The notes beneath the pieces are model-generated. The model was not told where the DNA came from. It ran no database searches and was given only the letters and a program-made list of their open reading frames with translations. From positions 7,398 through 71,397 of the forward strand of contig PAQS01000031.1 in the NCBI GenBank assembly GCA_002709385.1: a stretch of DNA of 64,000 bases. The letters run 5' to 3'. Origin of the DNA: Waddliaceae bacterium (GTDB lineage Bacteria; Chlamydiota; Chlamydiia; Chlamydiales; GCA-2709385). Shown piece after piece: positions 1-9,486 of this stretch (positions within the stretch are counted from its first letter, which is position 1; the number at the start of each line of letters is the position of its first letter). The position numbers and the translations under genes are program-made.

Positions 1-25
1 AGCTAGCTCAATTGATAAACACATA

Positions 26-125
26 ATACCCCGATGATGACCTAACCCTCTGCCTAGCGTTGTCTGCATCTGACAACGCTAGGTAGAGTACGTTATACCT
101 CTTCGCTCCAAGCTACCTAACCTCG
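26..125 (+). repeat. Degenerate copy of the dispersed ACCTAA-motif element with a 41-nt hairpin, followed by a second degenerate motif
   Basis: ATACCCCGATGATGACCTAACC (26-47), then hairpin CTCTGCCTAGCGTTGTC/GACAACGCTAGGTAGAG (48-88, one G.U pair), then CGTTATACCTCTT...GCTACCTAACC; resembles 51993-52148. Confidence 0.65.
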
Positions 126-168
126 TTTTCAACTAGAATGCTAAAGCTGTGAATTAGGTGTTCAAGTT

Positions 169-1482
169 TTACGAGCGCTTTCTAACAAAAACTCCAATCA
201 AAATAAAAATCAATGGAACTAAAATAAGAGCAAAAACCCCCTCTCTCCTTAACGCCCCACTAAACATGTTTTTGATTTGATACCAGAAAGAGCTAGGAAT
301 TTCTTCTGCTGAAAAAATAGGACGTTCTTCGTTTACAAGACCATCTTCAGAAAAAATATGTAAAACTCCTACTTCCTCACCTTGCGCAATAGGTGGAGAT
401 AAATCACTCCATTCTAAATCACTTTTTACTACAGGCTCTTCTGAAGGATAATATGAAAGTGTGATGCCTTCTTTAATCATAGGCTGAAGGGGTTTAGATG
501 CTCCATCAATTTGAATAGAGAAGTTCAATAAACCGCTACTTAAAAGCTCTTTTTCTATTTTTTCCTCCGAAAAAGCAGTATTAAAGAGACGTCTTACATC
601 TTGGTAACGATCTTTATTATTAGGCGCTTTTAAAATAACAGCTATGAGAGAACGGTTTTCATCCTCAGCAGCTGCAACAATACAGCATCTTGCCTTACTC
701 GTTGTTCCTGTCTTAATTCCAATAGCGCGACTATCATAATATACACTTCGCTCTCTCAAAAGCATATTACCTTGAGCCCAAACAGTAGGATCTTGTTTAT
801 TTGTTTTTGGCCTCGTGTACTGAGTAGTTGATACAATGGTACGAAACATCGGATTCAACATGGCTAAACGTGCAATTTGCGCTAGATCTTTAGCTGTTGT
901 ACGATGCTCTGGATGATGTAACCCACTGGGATTTAAAAATTTTGTATTTTTACACCCTTGTTTTTGCAAATACTCATTCATTTCTTTTGTAAAACTTGGT
1001 ACTGAGCCTGCTACTGCGTGCGCAATTACATTAGCCGCATCATTACCACTAACGAGCATCAACCCATATAGTAAATCGCGGAGCGTCATTTCTTCTCCAA
1101 CTTTTAGCCCAATATGTGTTCCATCAGGCTCTAACCAATAGGCAGGAAGCTTATAATTCTCACGTACCTTTCGATCTGAATTCACAGCTCTTAAAGGATC
1201 TGATTCTGCTTTAACTACCATATCTAGCTGATCAGAAGCTCTTTCTAATGCATAAAGAGCTGTAGCCATTTTTGTTGTACTTGCTGGAAACTGAGAATCT
1301 TCCGAGTTTTTTTCAAATAGAACAGCACCTGTTTCAGCATTCATAAGAATCGCTGATTCAGATTCAACATAAATTTCTAATGGTTTAGCGTTTAAATAAA
1401 GAGAAGATAAGAGAAAAAGGGCAAGTAGCCCACACAAGCTATAAAGATGCGCTTTTATTTCTAACCGTGTTTTTATCATCAA
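169..1482 (-). CDS. dacA: D-alanyl-D-alanine carboxypeptidase (low-MW PBP, peptidase S11)
   Basis: PASTTK (SxxK), SGN, KTG motifs; NPSGL; N-terminal signal peptide and C-terminal TM anchor. Confidence 0.93.
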   Translation of the reverse strand: MMIKTRLEIKAHLYSLCGLLALFLLSSLYLNAKPLEIYVESESAILMNAETGAVLFEKNSEDSQFPASTTKMATALYALERASDQLDMVVKAESDPLRAVNSDRKVRENYKLPAYWLEPDGTHIGLKVGEEMTLRDLLYGLMLVSGNDAANVIAHAVAGSVPSFTKEMNEYLQKQGCKNTKFLNPSGLHHPEHRTTAKDLAQIARLAMLNPMFRTIVSTTQYTRPKTNKQDPTVWAQGNMLLRERSVYYDSRAIGIKTGTTSKARCCIVAAAEDENRSLIAVILKAPNNKDRYQDVRRLFNTAFSEEKIEKELLSSGLLNFSIQIDGASKPLQPMIKEGITLSYYPSEEPVVKSDLEWSDLSPPIAQGEEVGVLHIFSEDGLVNEERPIFSAEEIPSSFWYQIKNMFSGALRREGVFALILVPLIFILIGVFVRKRS

Positions 1483-1698
1483 GCGAACCTCAAAATTGAA
1501 ATCTATTGCGCTATTCTAATGATTCAATGAAACGTTTCTTTTCTCGTATTCAAGATCTAAAAATCAATCATTTAACATAAAAGATTTATAAGCAAAAAAA
1601 AATAACTCGCCTCTTTTTATAAAGTTTTGCATCAAACCGCCGATATCTTTCCTTGTAACGGACTGACCATCCGAGAGAGCTGGATTTAGGAGGTTTCC

Positions 1699-2127
1699 AT
1701 GGCGAACCTAGCAATTTACGAAGCGGCCTTTACCAAATATATGGGTAATTTGGCCCATTATGCACCTGACGGAATTCTTTCTATAGACTTAGATTTATTG
1801 CAAAGTCTTGGAATTCTAGAACAAGATGACTTCGATACTGCGCAAACAGATCATCTTGCGCGCTATTTTCACGTTATTGAATCTCCCGAAAAGATCACCC
1901 TCTTTAATGAACAGTTTGTTATTTGGATCGTTCCTGAGCATATGCAACATACCCCGATCACTTATGCTTTAGTAGCGCTTAATCATGTAAAACAAGAACC
2001 ACAATTAGAAATTGTTTTAGCTGCGTCTGGAATTTACAATACTTCTCGATTAGTTTTACGAGTACTAGAATCTATACTGAAGGAAATACAAGAAAACGAA
2101 GATCTCCTCCAGCAACTAGATGTTTAG
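1699..2127 (+). CDS. Conserved chlamydial hypothetical protein (CT550-like by position)
   Basis: 142-aa ORF with strong AGGAGG SD at 1688-1693; divergent from dacA, as recalled for chlamydial synteny. Confidence 0.7.
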   Translation: MANLAIYEAAFTKYMGNLAHYAPDGILSIDLDLLQSLGILEQDDFDTAQTDHLARYFHVIESPEKITLFNEQFVIWIVPEHMQHTPITYALVALNHVKQEPQLEIVLAASGIYNTSRLVLRVLESILKEIQENEDLLQQLDV

Positions 2128-2130
2128 AGC

Positions 2131-2748
2131 TTAGATCACTCTGTTTGATCTACGCTCTAGTTCTTCATTTACCGGTTCCATATTTGGAATTGTTGCATTA
2201 TTTATGTAATCTAATACTCTTTGGGCTAAACGTCTATATGCAGGGCGCCTGGCTTCCATATCAGCAGTTTTAAATTCGTTAATTTGCCCTAAGCTATCTT
2301 GAGTTATTGTTGAAGATCCTAAACGGTATTCATACTCATAATCAAAATCTAGCTCTGCATTAAGTAAAGCTTTTTCAAGAACAGGAGCACCTGTTACTCC
2401 ATCTAAAACTTCTACCTCTAAAACAATTGTCAAACGCCCTTCGTTAGGAACTGTTTTCGTACCTAAACTACCATTTTTCTCCATTTCATAACGGTAACCT
2501 ATAGATCTATTGCTGTAGTCCACAATTTTTGTTTTTAAGATAAGATCAGCGCTTTCTTCTTTATATCTTAGTGGACCTGATATGCCAGCTGCTCGAACCA
2601 ATTCAGCAGTTAAATACCCCGCATCGTCTCCTTCTACATAAGGTATAGAAATCGTGTTATGGTACATTGTTGAACCCCCGTGTCCCCAATGATAACCATG
2701 ACAAGAACTCATGGTAATGAGCAAAAATAGACAAGCAAACAAGCGCAT
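2131..2748 (-). CDS. lptE: LPS-assembly lipoprotein, LptE-like
   Basis: Lipobox-like MSSC followed by GY; ~200 aa; directly downstream of bamD, a common arrangement. Confidence 0.65.
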   Translation of the reverse strand: MRLFACLFLLITMSSCHGYHWGHGGSTMYHNTISIPYVEGDDAGYLTAELVRAAGISGPLRYKEESADLILKTKIVDYSNRSIGYRYEMEKNGSLGTKTVPNEGRLTIVLEVEVLDGVTGAPVLEKALLNAELDFDYEYEYRLGSSTITQDSLGQINEFKTADMEARRPAYRRLAQRVLDYINNATIPNMEPVNEELERRSNRVI

Positions 2749-2905
2749 GGCATTCCTCTAAAAATAAAGCACAGCAATCAATCTAGCTGCCCTAAGTCTC
2801 TCTCTATAAATAAACTTATCCCAAACAATCTAAAGTAATCACTTGTTGAGATAAGCCGAATTTATGAAATTCTTTATTTACACTCTAACAGCTATTGACT
2901 ATTGA

Positions 2906-3874
2906 TTAAACATTCAAATCCGAAATCATAAATTCGGGATCTAATACTACTAGTCTTTTTTGAGAACTTTCTGCTGCTTTAGTCTCTGGAAAACGAGCTA
3001 TCGCATTTTTATAGTAAATCAAAGAGGAGTTCGTTTTTTTACGTCTCTCATAAAAGCGACCGGTTTCGTATAAGGCTTGAGCATAAACCTGTTCCATTTC
3101 TTTGTAGGCTATATCTAGCTTAGCAATAAAATCATGTTGTGGAAACTGCTCTAAAAACTTACGTCGATTGATTTCTGCTAGAGACAATAAATCTGGATTG
3201 TCTAATTCTTTTTTGCATTGTTTCAAATACACATTAGCTAATTCTACATAGGCATCAGGGACGAGGTGATGTTTAGGAAAACGTTGAATTAACTTATTAA
3301 GTGATTCAATCGACTGTCTGTAATTTTTCTGCTTAAGATAAACTTTTGCTGCTGCGCTTAGAGCTCTAGCTGTAATTTCATGATAAGGAAAAGTACGCAT
3401 TAACTCTTCATAGATTTCAAGGCTATCACTTTTACTACGAACCCATTTTGGCATTGATTCAAGACCAAAAAGGTGTCGCCTGCTTCCTTTGCGGTAAGCT
3501 TCAGCAATTTGAAATTTAAGTTCTGCTGTTTCTTCAAAAAATTTAGGGCTAGAGATCACCGACAAATATTGATCTAATCTATTATTTGCTGCCTCTGGAT
3601 CTCCTAAATTAAAAAGCCCAAGAGCTTCGTAATACAACGCATCGTTAGCTAAAGAAGATGTTTTGTATTTTTTTTGAATAATTGTAAAATGTCGCAGTAA
3701 TTCTTCCCAGTTCTCATCCTGGTATGCTTTTTGCCCTTGCGAGTAGTGTTCTTGAACAGATAAATCTACTACTGTCTTTTTGCTCGATTCGTAATTAGCT
3801 GGTAGCGAAGAGGCCCATAATAAACAAGATGAAGCAAATAAAACTTGAAAAAACTTAAAAGTGCGAGAATGCAT
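2906..3874 (-). CDS. bamD: Outer membrane protein assembly factor BamD (TPR protein)
   Basis: TPR-like helices, repeated 'L..FP' turns, C-terminal 'GRFYERRKK...YY...FPET' typical of BamD/ComL. Confidence 0.8.
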   Translation of the reverse strand: MHSRTFKFFQVLFASSCLLWASSLPANYESSKKTVVDLSVQEHYSQGQKAYQDENWEELLRHFTIIQKKYKTSSLANDALYYEALGLFNLGDPEAANNRLDQYLSVISSPKFFEETAELKFQIAEAYRKGSRRHLFGLESMPKWVRSKSDSLEIYEELMRTFPYHEITARALSAAAKVYLKQKNYRQSIESLNKLIQRFPKHHLVPDAYVELANVYLKQCKKELDNPDLLSLAEINRRKFLEQFPQHDFIAKLDIAYKEMEQVYAQALYETGRFYERRKKTNSSLIYYKNAIARFPETKAAESSQKRLVVLDPEFMISDLNV

Positions 3875-3976
3875 TATGCGGTCCTTACTTAAGAGACGAG
3901 CGTATTTATAAAATTCGAAAAAACTATAATCTATCTTGATTTTTTTGCCCAGAAAGGCAAAAAACCTGCTTTAAAA

Positions 3977-6900
3977 CTATTCTGCATAAGACAAAACTCC
4001 AGGAATTTCTTGTACAGCTTTTTTAAGTTTTTCTCCTGGAACAACTCCCCATCGACTCTGAATATCAACTCTGGCAATAGCATACTTGCCTGTTTCAAAA
4101 TCTAAGTGCACAGGCACGGTACCATGATGAGAACGGAATACTTTTTTCAGCTCAAGAATGTTACTTAAATGCAATTCTTCAGCGTTCAATCTGATGGTAA
4201 CAAGTTTAGGAGCAGTTTTTTCTTTTGTTTCTGCTTCTTGTTTTTTCTCATCTTGTGCTGCTGTTCGAGGTTTTTTATCACGGGACTTGGCATACTGTAG
4301 CCTCTGTACTTGTAATTTTGCTCGATCGAATGCGCGATCACACTCTTCTATCATAGCTTCATTAACACGATTGAGATCTCCAATCCAATGACAAGTAAGC
4401 CTTATGTTTCCTTCTGTTCTATCTAAACCTAAAACACCATATAAAAGCTGATTTTCACCTAAAAGAGTGCTTTTTTCTTCATATTGCTCGGGCCAGACAG
4501 GTAATTCATAACGTTCCATTCCTGAGCTAATGGTCAATATAGCAAATTTTTTCTGTGTTCGAGCAGACACACGAACTGTTGAAGAATCTATAATGAAAGC
4601 TGAGCGAAACACAGCGAGGTTATCCATCGTTTCTAAGTGGTGCAATGGAACACAAGAAAGTCTTTGTAAAACTGGTTTAAACGCATCTAAAGGATGCCCT
4701 GTAAGGAAAAAACCTAATAACTCTTTTTCCTTGAGGAACACAGAGTTTGGATCACTTGGAGATTTTACTTCTGGTGCTTTACGAAAATGTTGATTCGTTC
4801 CTTCATCTAGTAAAGAGAAAAGGGAAATCACTCCTGTTGCTTTTTCTTTTCTTTCTTTTTGAGCCGTATCATACATGTCATCAATACACATACGCAGTTG
4901 ATCACGAGACCACTTCGTAAAATCAAATGCTCCCGCTTCAACAAGATTTACGATCATTTTTTTCCCAACCTTCTTGAGATCTACTCTCTCAAAAAAGCTA
5001 TAGAAATCCTCGAATATTCCTTTATTTTTTCTTTCGTTGATGATCGATTCAACAACTCCTTCACCAACTCCTTTAATAGCACTCATTGCAAAGCGAATAC
5101 CTGATGTTGTAGCGGTAAAGCTACTTCCCGCTTCATTAACGTCTGGTGGTAAAATTGCTATTCCCATGGATTGGCATTCTCGAATAAACTTTGCAACCTT
5201 ACTTACATCATCACGGTCACAAGTCATCAAAGCAGCCATCCACTCTCTAGGATAATTTGCTTTTAGATAAGCTGTTACATAACTTAAATAGCCATAAGCT
5301 GCTGCGTGCGATTTGTTAAAACCATATGCAGCAAACTTTTCCATTTGATCGAAAATAGCCATGGAGCACTCTTCTTCGATACCATTTTCTGCAGCTCCTT
5401 CACGAAACTTCATTCGTTGCTGAGCCATTTGCTCCATGTCTTTTTTACCCATGGCTCGACGTAAAACATCCCCCTCTCCTAAAGAGAAACCGGCTAATGT
5501 CTGTGCAATTTGCATCACCTGCTCTTGATAAACCATAATACCGTAGGTTTCTTCAAGAATATCTTTCATCCACGGGTGGTTAAACTCAATAGGTTCTCTG
5601 CCATGTTTACGGTTGATAAATGATGGAATCATATCCATCGGACCTGGGCGATAAAGAGAAACTACCGCAATAATTTCTTCAAACTTATCAAGGTGGAGTT
5701 GCCGAGCTAGCTCCTGCATTCCAGGAGATTCCAACTGAAAGACTCCTAAAGTTTTTCCTTGATTCAGCAGAGAGAATGTTGCTTCATCATCCAAGGGTAA
5801 ATCCATCCAATCAATATCAACCTTATGATTTTCTTTAATAGCATTCACACAAACTTGGATGGAGGTAAGTGTTTTTAAGCCTAAAAAGTCTACTTTAAGC
5901 ATACCTACAGATTCTACGGGCTTCATAGAAAACTGCGTTGCAGCCATTTCAGCATCTTTTGGCTTAAAGATTGGGATATGTTCTGTCAGTGGATCACCAC
6001 AAATAATAATCCCAGCTGCGTGAATTCCTGTATTTCGAATAGCTCCTTCTAAACGCCGAGCATACTTGATGAGTTCTTGGCCTTCTTCATCATGTTCAGC
6101 CATACTGCGTAAATCAGGATCAATTTCTAAAGCCTTTTCAATTGTCATTCCTAGGTCATCAGGAATTAACTTGGCAATTGCATTGACTTTCGAAAGAGGG
6201 ACACTAAGAACCCTTCCTACATCTTTAATCGCCATTTTAGCTTTCATTGTTCCGAAAGTCACAATTTGAGCGACATTTTCTTGGCCATACTTGTTCAGGG
6301 TATAATCAATTACTTTCCCTCTTTTATCCATGCAAATATCAACATCGATATCAGGGTAAGAAATACGCTCTGGATTGATGAAACGCTCAAAGAACAAATT
6401 GAACCGTAATGGCTCAATGTCTGTAATGCCGATAAGATAAAGGATGATTGATCCTGCTCCAGATCCTCTACCAGGGCCTACTGGAATACGATGATTTTTG
6501 GCCCAATCGATAAAGTCCCAAACAATCAATAAGTAATCACACATCCCTTTCGAAGCGATGATGCTCATTTCATAATTGAGTCGATCACGGACAACTTCCA
6601 TGGGATCTTTTTCAGGGTATTTCTCTGCGACCTTTTTCAATCTAGAAGGAGTATAGCGTCTTGAAATCCCTTCTTCACATAAACGCCATAGATAAGATTC
6701 TACTTCTTTTTTTTGTTCCTCATCAGAATACTCTTTCCCTTCTAAAGTGGGAGGTAGATAAACCGGGTAATGTTTGCTATCAAAATCAATAGCAACATTA
6801 CAGCGATCTGCTATCTCTAAGCTGCATGCAAGAGCTTCTGGTAGATCTGAAAAAAGAGCTTCCATATCTTCTACAGATTTGAAGTGCAGGTCGTGTGTAG

Positions 6901-7744
6901 GGTAAGTATTTCGTTTTGGATTGGGTATGCGAGCTTTATTATTTCCTAAAGAGTCTTTCTCCCAGATTTCACATGGTTCACCAGACTGAATATTTAACTG
7001 AATTTCATGTGCTTTCCAATCTTCACGCTCTAAATAATGAATATCACTCGTCGCTACAACTGACAATGCTCGCTTGGCTGCCTCTTCTAGTACAGCTACT
7101 TCAGCAGATTTTAAGCGCTCTACATTTGCTAAATAATTTTCTCGTAACCAGGGTTCTCTGTCCATCATATCATCAGACATCTGGCTATCCGTCATACCGT
7201 CACGTTGTATTTGCAAATAAAGCCGATCTGGATATGTTTTTTGCAACCAAAGCATTTCAGCTTCTATTACTTCATTTTTTTTAGAAAGTAATGCATGACC
7301 TAACTCACTGGCAGGTAAACCTGTCATACAAATCAAGCCTTCTGAATATTTTTCTAAAACTTCTTTATCAACTCGAGGACGATAATAAAACCCTTCTAAA
7401 AACCCTATAGAAGATAATTTACATAGATTGTGATACCCTGCTTTATCTATAGCTAAAAGAACTAATTGATAAGATACAGGCTTTCCACCTTCACGTCGTT
7501 TATCTGTGCGTGATCCCGGAGCTACATTAAATTCGCACCCAATAATTGGTTTGACGCCTTCACTTTTACAAGCTTTATAAAAGTCTACTACTCCAAATAA
7601 ATTACCATGATCTGTTAAGGCCAGCGCAGGTATATCAAAAGCACTGGCTTTTTTAGCTAAACCTTGGACCGAAGCGGGGCTATCTAAAAGTGAGTACTGG
7701 GAATGAACATGTAAAGGAATCCAGGGCACTGTGATTTCTCTCAA
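3977..7744 (-). CDS. dnaE: DNA polymerase III alpha subunit
   Basis: PHP domain LHVHSQYSLLD/TDHGN; GPGRGSGAGS; PDIDVD catalytic motif; YGFNKSH. Confidence 0.98.
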   Translation of the reverse strand: MREITVPWIPLHVHSQYSLLDSPASVQGLAKKASAFDIPALALTDHGNLFGVVDFYKACKSEGVKPIIGCEFNVAPGSRTDKRREGGKPVSYQLVLLAIDKAGYHNLCKLSSIGFLEGFYYRPRVDKEVLEKYSEGLICMTGLPASELGHALLSKKNEVIEAEMLWLQKTYPDRLYLQIQRDGMTDSQMSDDMMDREPWLRENYLANVERLKSAEVAVLEEAAKRALSVVATSDIHYLEREDWKAHEIQLNIQSGEPCEIWEKDSLGNNKARIPNPKRNTYPTHDLHFKSVEDMEALFSDLPEALACSLEIADRCNVAIDFDSKHYPVYLPPTLEGKEYSDEEQKKEVESYLWRLCEEGISRRYTPSRLKKVAEKYPEKDPMEVVRDRLNYEMSIIASKGMCDYLLIVWDFIDWAKNHRIPVGPGRGSGAGSIILYLIGITDIEPLRFNLFFERFINPERISYPDIDVDICMDKRGKVIDYTLNKYGQENVAQIVTFGTMKAKMAIKDVGRVLSVPLSKVNAIAKLIPDDLGMTIEKALEIDPDLRSMAEHDEEGQELIKYARRLEGAIRNTGIHAAGIIICGDPLTEHIPIFKPKDAEMAATQFSMKPVESVGMLKVDFLGLKTLTSIQVCVNAIKENHKVDIDWMDLPLDDEATFSLLNQGKTLGVFQLESPGMQELARQLHLDKFEEIIAVVSLYRPGPMDMIPSFINRKHGREPIEFNHPWMKDILEETYGIMVYQEQVMQIAQTLAGFSLGEGDVLRRAMGKKDMEQMAQQRMKFREGAAENGIEEECSMAIFDQMEKFAAYGFNKSHAAAYGYLSYVTAYLKANYPREWMAALMTCDRDDVSKVAKFIRECQSMGIAILPPDVNEAGSSFTATTSGIRFAMSAIKGVGEGVVESIINERKNKGIFEDFYSFFERVDLKKVGKKMIVNLVEAGAFDFTKWSRDQLRMCIDDMYDTAQKERKEKATGVISLFSLLDEGTNQHFRKAPEVKSPSDPNSVFLKEKELLGFFLTGHPLDAFKPVLQRLSCVPLHHLETMDNLAVFRSAFIIDSSTVRVSARTQKKFAILTISSGMERYELPVWPEQYEEKSTLLGENQLLYGVLGLDRTEGNIRLTCHWIGDLNRVNEAMIEECDRAFDRAKLQVQRLQYAKSRDKKPRTAAQDEKKQEAETKEKTAPKLVTIRLNAEELHLSNILELKKVFRSHHGTVPVHLDFETGKYAIARVDIQSRWGVVPGEKLKKAVQEIPGVLSYAE

Positions 7745-7794
7745 AAATAAGCATCAATAATAGAGAATTATGCCGTAAAACGGATAGGAATGAA

Positions 7795-7833
7795 ACCCCC
7801 GAATCTCCTTTATTATTAGGTGACCATCGGGGG
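7795..7833. repeat. Short imperfect palindrome containing a copy of the dispersed motif; possible uhpC terminator
   Basis: CCCCCGA...ATTAGGTGACCATCGGGGG; the minus strand reads CCCCCGATGGTCACCTAAT; begins 14 nt after the uhpC stop. Confidence 0.5.
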
Positions 7834-7846
7834 AAGGAATTAGCAT

Positions 7847-9175
7847 TCAGATTTTATCTTTTTTTTTTTGAAGTGACCACATCGGTAATAAGCATAAAGT
7901 AGCTAAAACACAACAAATCAATACTGCTGCAAAAAAGCCGTACCATTCCCAATCTTCAATAATCCTTCCTAGAGGATAACCTGCTGCTGCCGCTCCCATA
8001 TAGGCAAAACATCCTACAAATCCCGTAGCTGCTCCAGCTGATTTTTTATGCGCAAGCTCTGCTGCCGCCATACCAATAAGCATTTGAGGTCCAAAAACGA
8101 AGAAACCAATACAAAATACAATAGCAATATCTAAATATACATGATTAGCTGGTACAAGCCACAATCCCCAAACTGATAACAAAGTAGCTAACGCATAAAG
8201 TACGTTTACAGGTCCGCGCTTTCCAGAAAAGGTAACATCAGAAATCCATCCAGCAGCGAGGCTACCAAGAAAACCACCTAATTCGAATGCTGTTATAGAT
8301 TTTCCTGCATCGAAATAAGTGTATCCCTTACTTTCTACCAAATATAAAACAGTCCAATCATTAGCAGCGGTACGCACGACATAAACAAAGAAATAGGCGA
8401 ATCCAAGCAGCCATAAATAGGGATTTTTATATATATACTTCTTTAAAATTTCACTTGTTGACAAAGATGAATCTGTATCTTGAACAGATTCCGCCTCATC
8501 TTGACGATATTTGGCAACTGGAGGGAGCCCCATGGATTGAGGGGTATCTCGTAAACGATTCCATACAAAAACTCCACATAAGATACAGAGAACTCCTGGC
8601 ACATACATTGCCATGCGCCAGCCCCAGTGGTAAGCACAGAATCCAGCAATCAGGGGAATAAGTGCTCCACCTATATTATGTGAAGTATTCCATACAGCCC
8701 ACCATCTTCCTCGCTCCGATTGCGAGTACCAATGAGTCAAATATTTTGCAATAGGAGGCCAACCAAAGCCTTGAAACCAGCCATTTAGTCCCCAGAACAA
8801 AGCGAAAAGCCACAAAGATGAAGACATTCCAAAAAGAATATTACAGATACCCGTGGCAATAAGACCGAAAGAAAAGAAATAACGTGGATTAGTGATATCT
8901 GAAACAATTCCACTAACAAATTTACTGATTCCATAACTACAATACAATATTGTTGCCAAGAGACCAAGATCAGCCTTAGAAAACCCTAATTCTGCAATCA
9001 TCGCAGGCATAGCGAATGTGAAGCTTTTCCGGGTAAAGTAAAAAAAAGCATACCCAATAAAAATCGAGTAAAAAGTACGCACCCGCCAGTGCTTGTACGT
9101 TTTTTTTACTTGTTCAGTATCTTGTATTTCAGACTGTGGAGCGTCTGGTTTAAGTTTATCAAGTAAACCTTTCAC
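7847..9175 (-). CDS. uhpC: MFS hexose-phosphate (glucose-6-phosphate) transporter, UhpC/OPA family
   Basis: YFTRKSF, WFQGFGWPP, ERGRWW..WNTSHNIGG, FGPQMLIG..AAE motifs; ~12 TM segments. Confidence 0.93.
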   Translation of the reverse strand: MKGLLDKLKPDAPQSEIQDTEQVKKTYKHWRVRTFYSIFIGYAFFYFTRKSFTFAMPAMIAELGFSKADLGLLATILYCSYGISKFVSGIVSDITNPRYFFSFGLIATGICNILFGMSSSLWLFALFWGLNGWFQGFGWPPIAKYLTHWYSQSERGRWWAVWNTSHNIGGALIPLIAGFCAYHWGWRMAMYVPGVLCILCGVFVWNRLRDTPQSMGLPPVAKYRQDEAESVQDTDSSLSTSEILKKYIYKNPYLWLLGFAYFFVYVVRTAANDWTVLYLVESKGYTYFDAGKSITAFELGGFLGSLAAGWISDVTFSGKRGPVNVLYALATLLSVWGLWLVPANHVYLDIAIVFCIGFFVFGPQMLIGMAAAELAHKKSAGAATGFVGCFAYMGAAAAGYPLGRIIEDWEWYGFFAAVLICCVLATLCLLPMWSLQKKKDKI

Positions 9176-9486
9176 GTGTTATTACCACTCTTTGCCGCTA
9201 TATCAAAGACTTTGGTTCATACCAAAGGTCTAGCATTATTGCCCAGTAATTTATAAATACCAAGGAAAAGATTGCCAAAGAGACCTTAGTAAAAATTAAA
9301 TTCGTGCAAAAACACTAAGCTTACGTAAAGTAATTATTTATTATTTGACCTACTATAGCGCCCTATGCTAGAACCTCTAAATAACAGCCTCTATTGGGAC
9401 CCTTACTCGTCACAGTACTTTTGACTTCATCACGATCTGACTTTGGTGAGTTGAGGCTATTTATTGAACGATATCGCAGCTAATTC

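Noticed and set aside
3977-7744. Intein or split in dnaE
   Set aside because: The ORF is continuous and of normal length for the group, with no C/S...HN intein termini or LAGLIDADG motifs seen.
9378-9465. Possible structured leader or riboswitch upstream of the 1151-aa gene
   Set aside because: Only short complementary segments (AGCCTC/GAGGCT); no recognisable riboswitch consensus.
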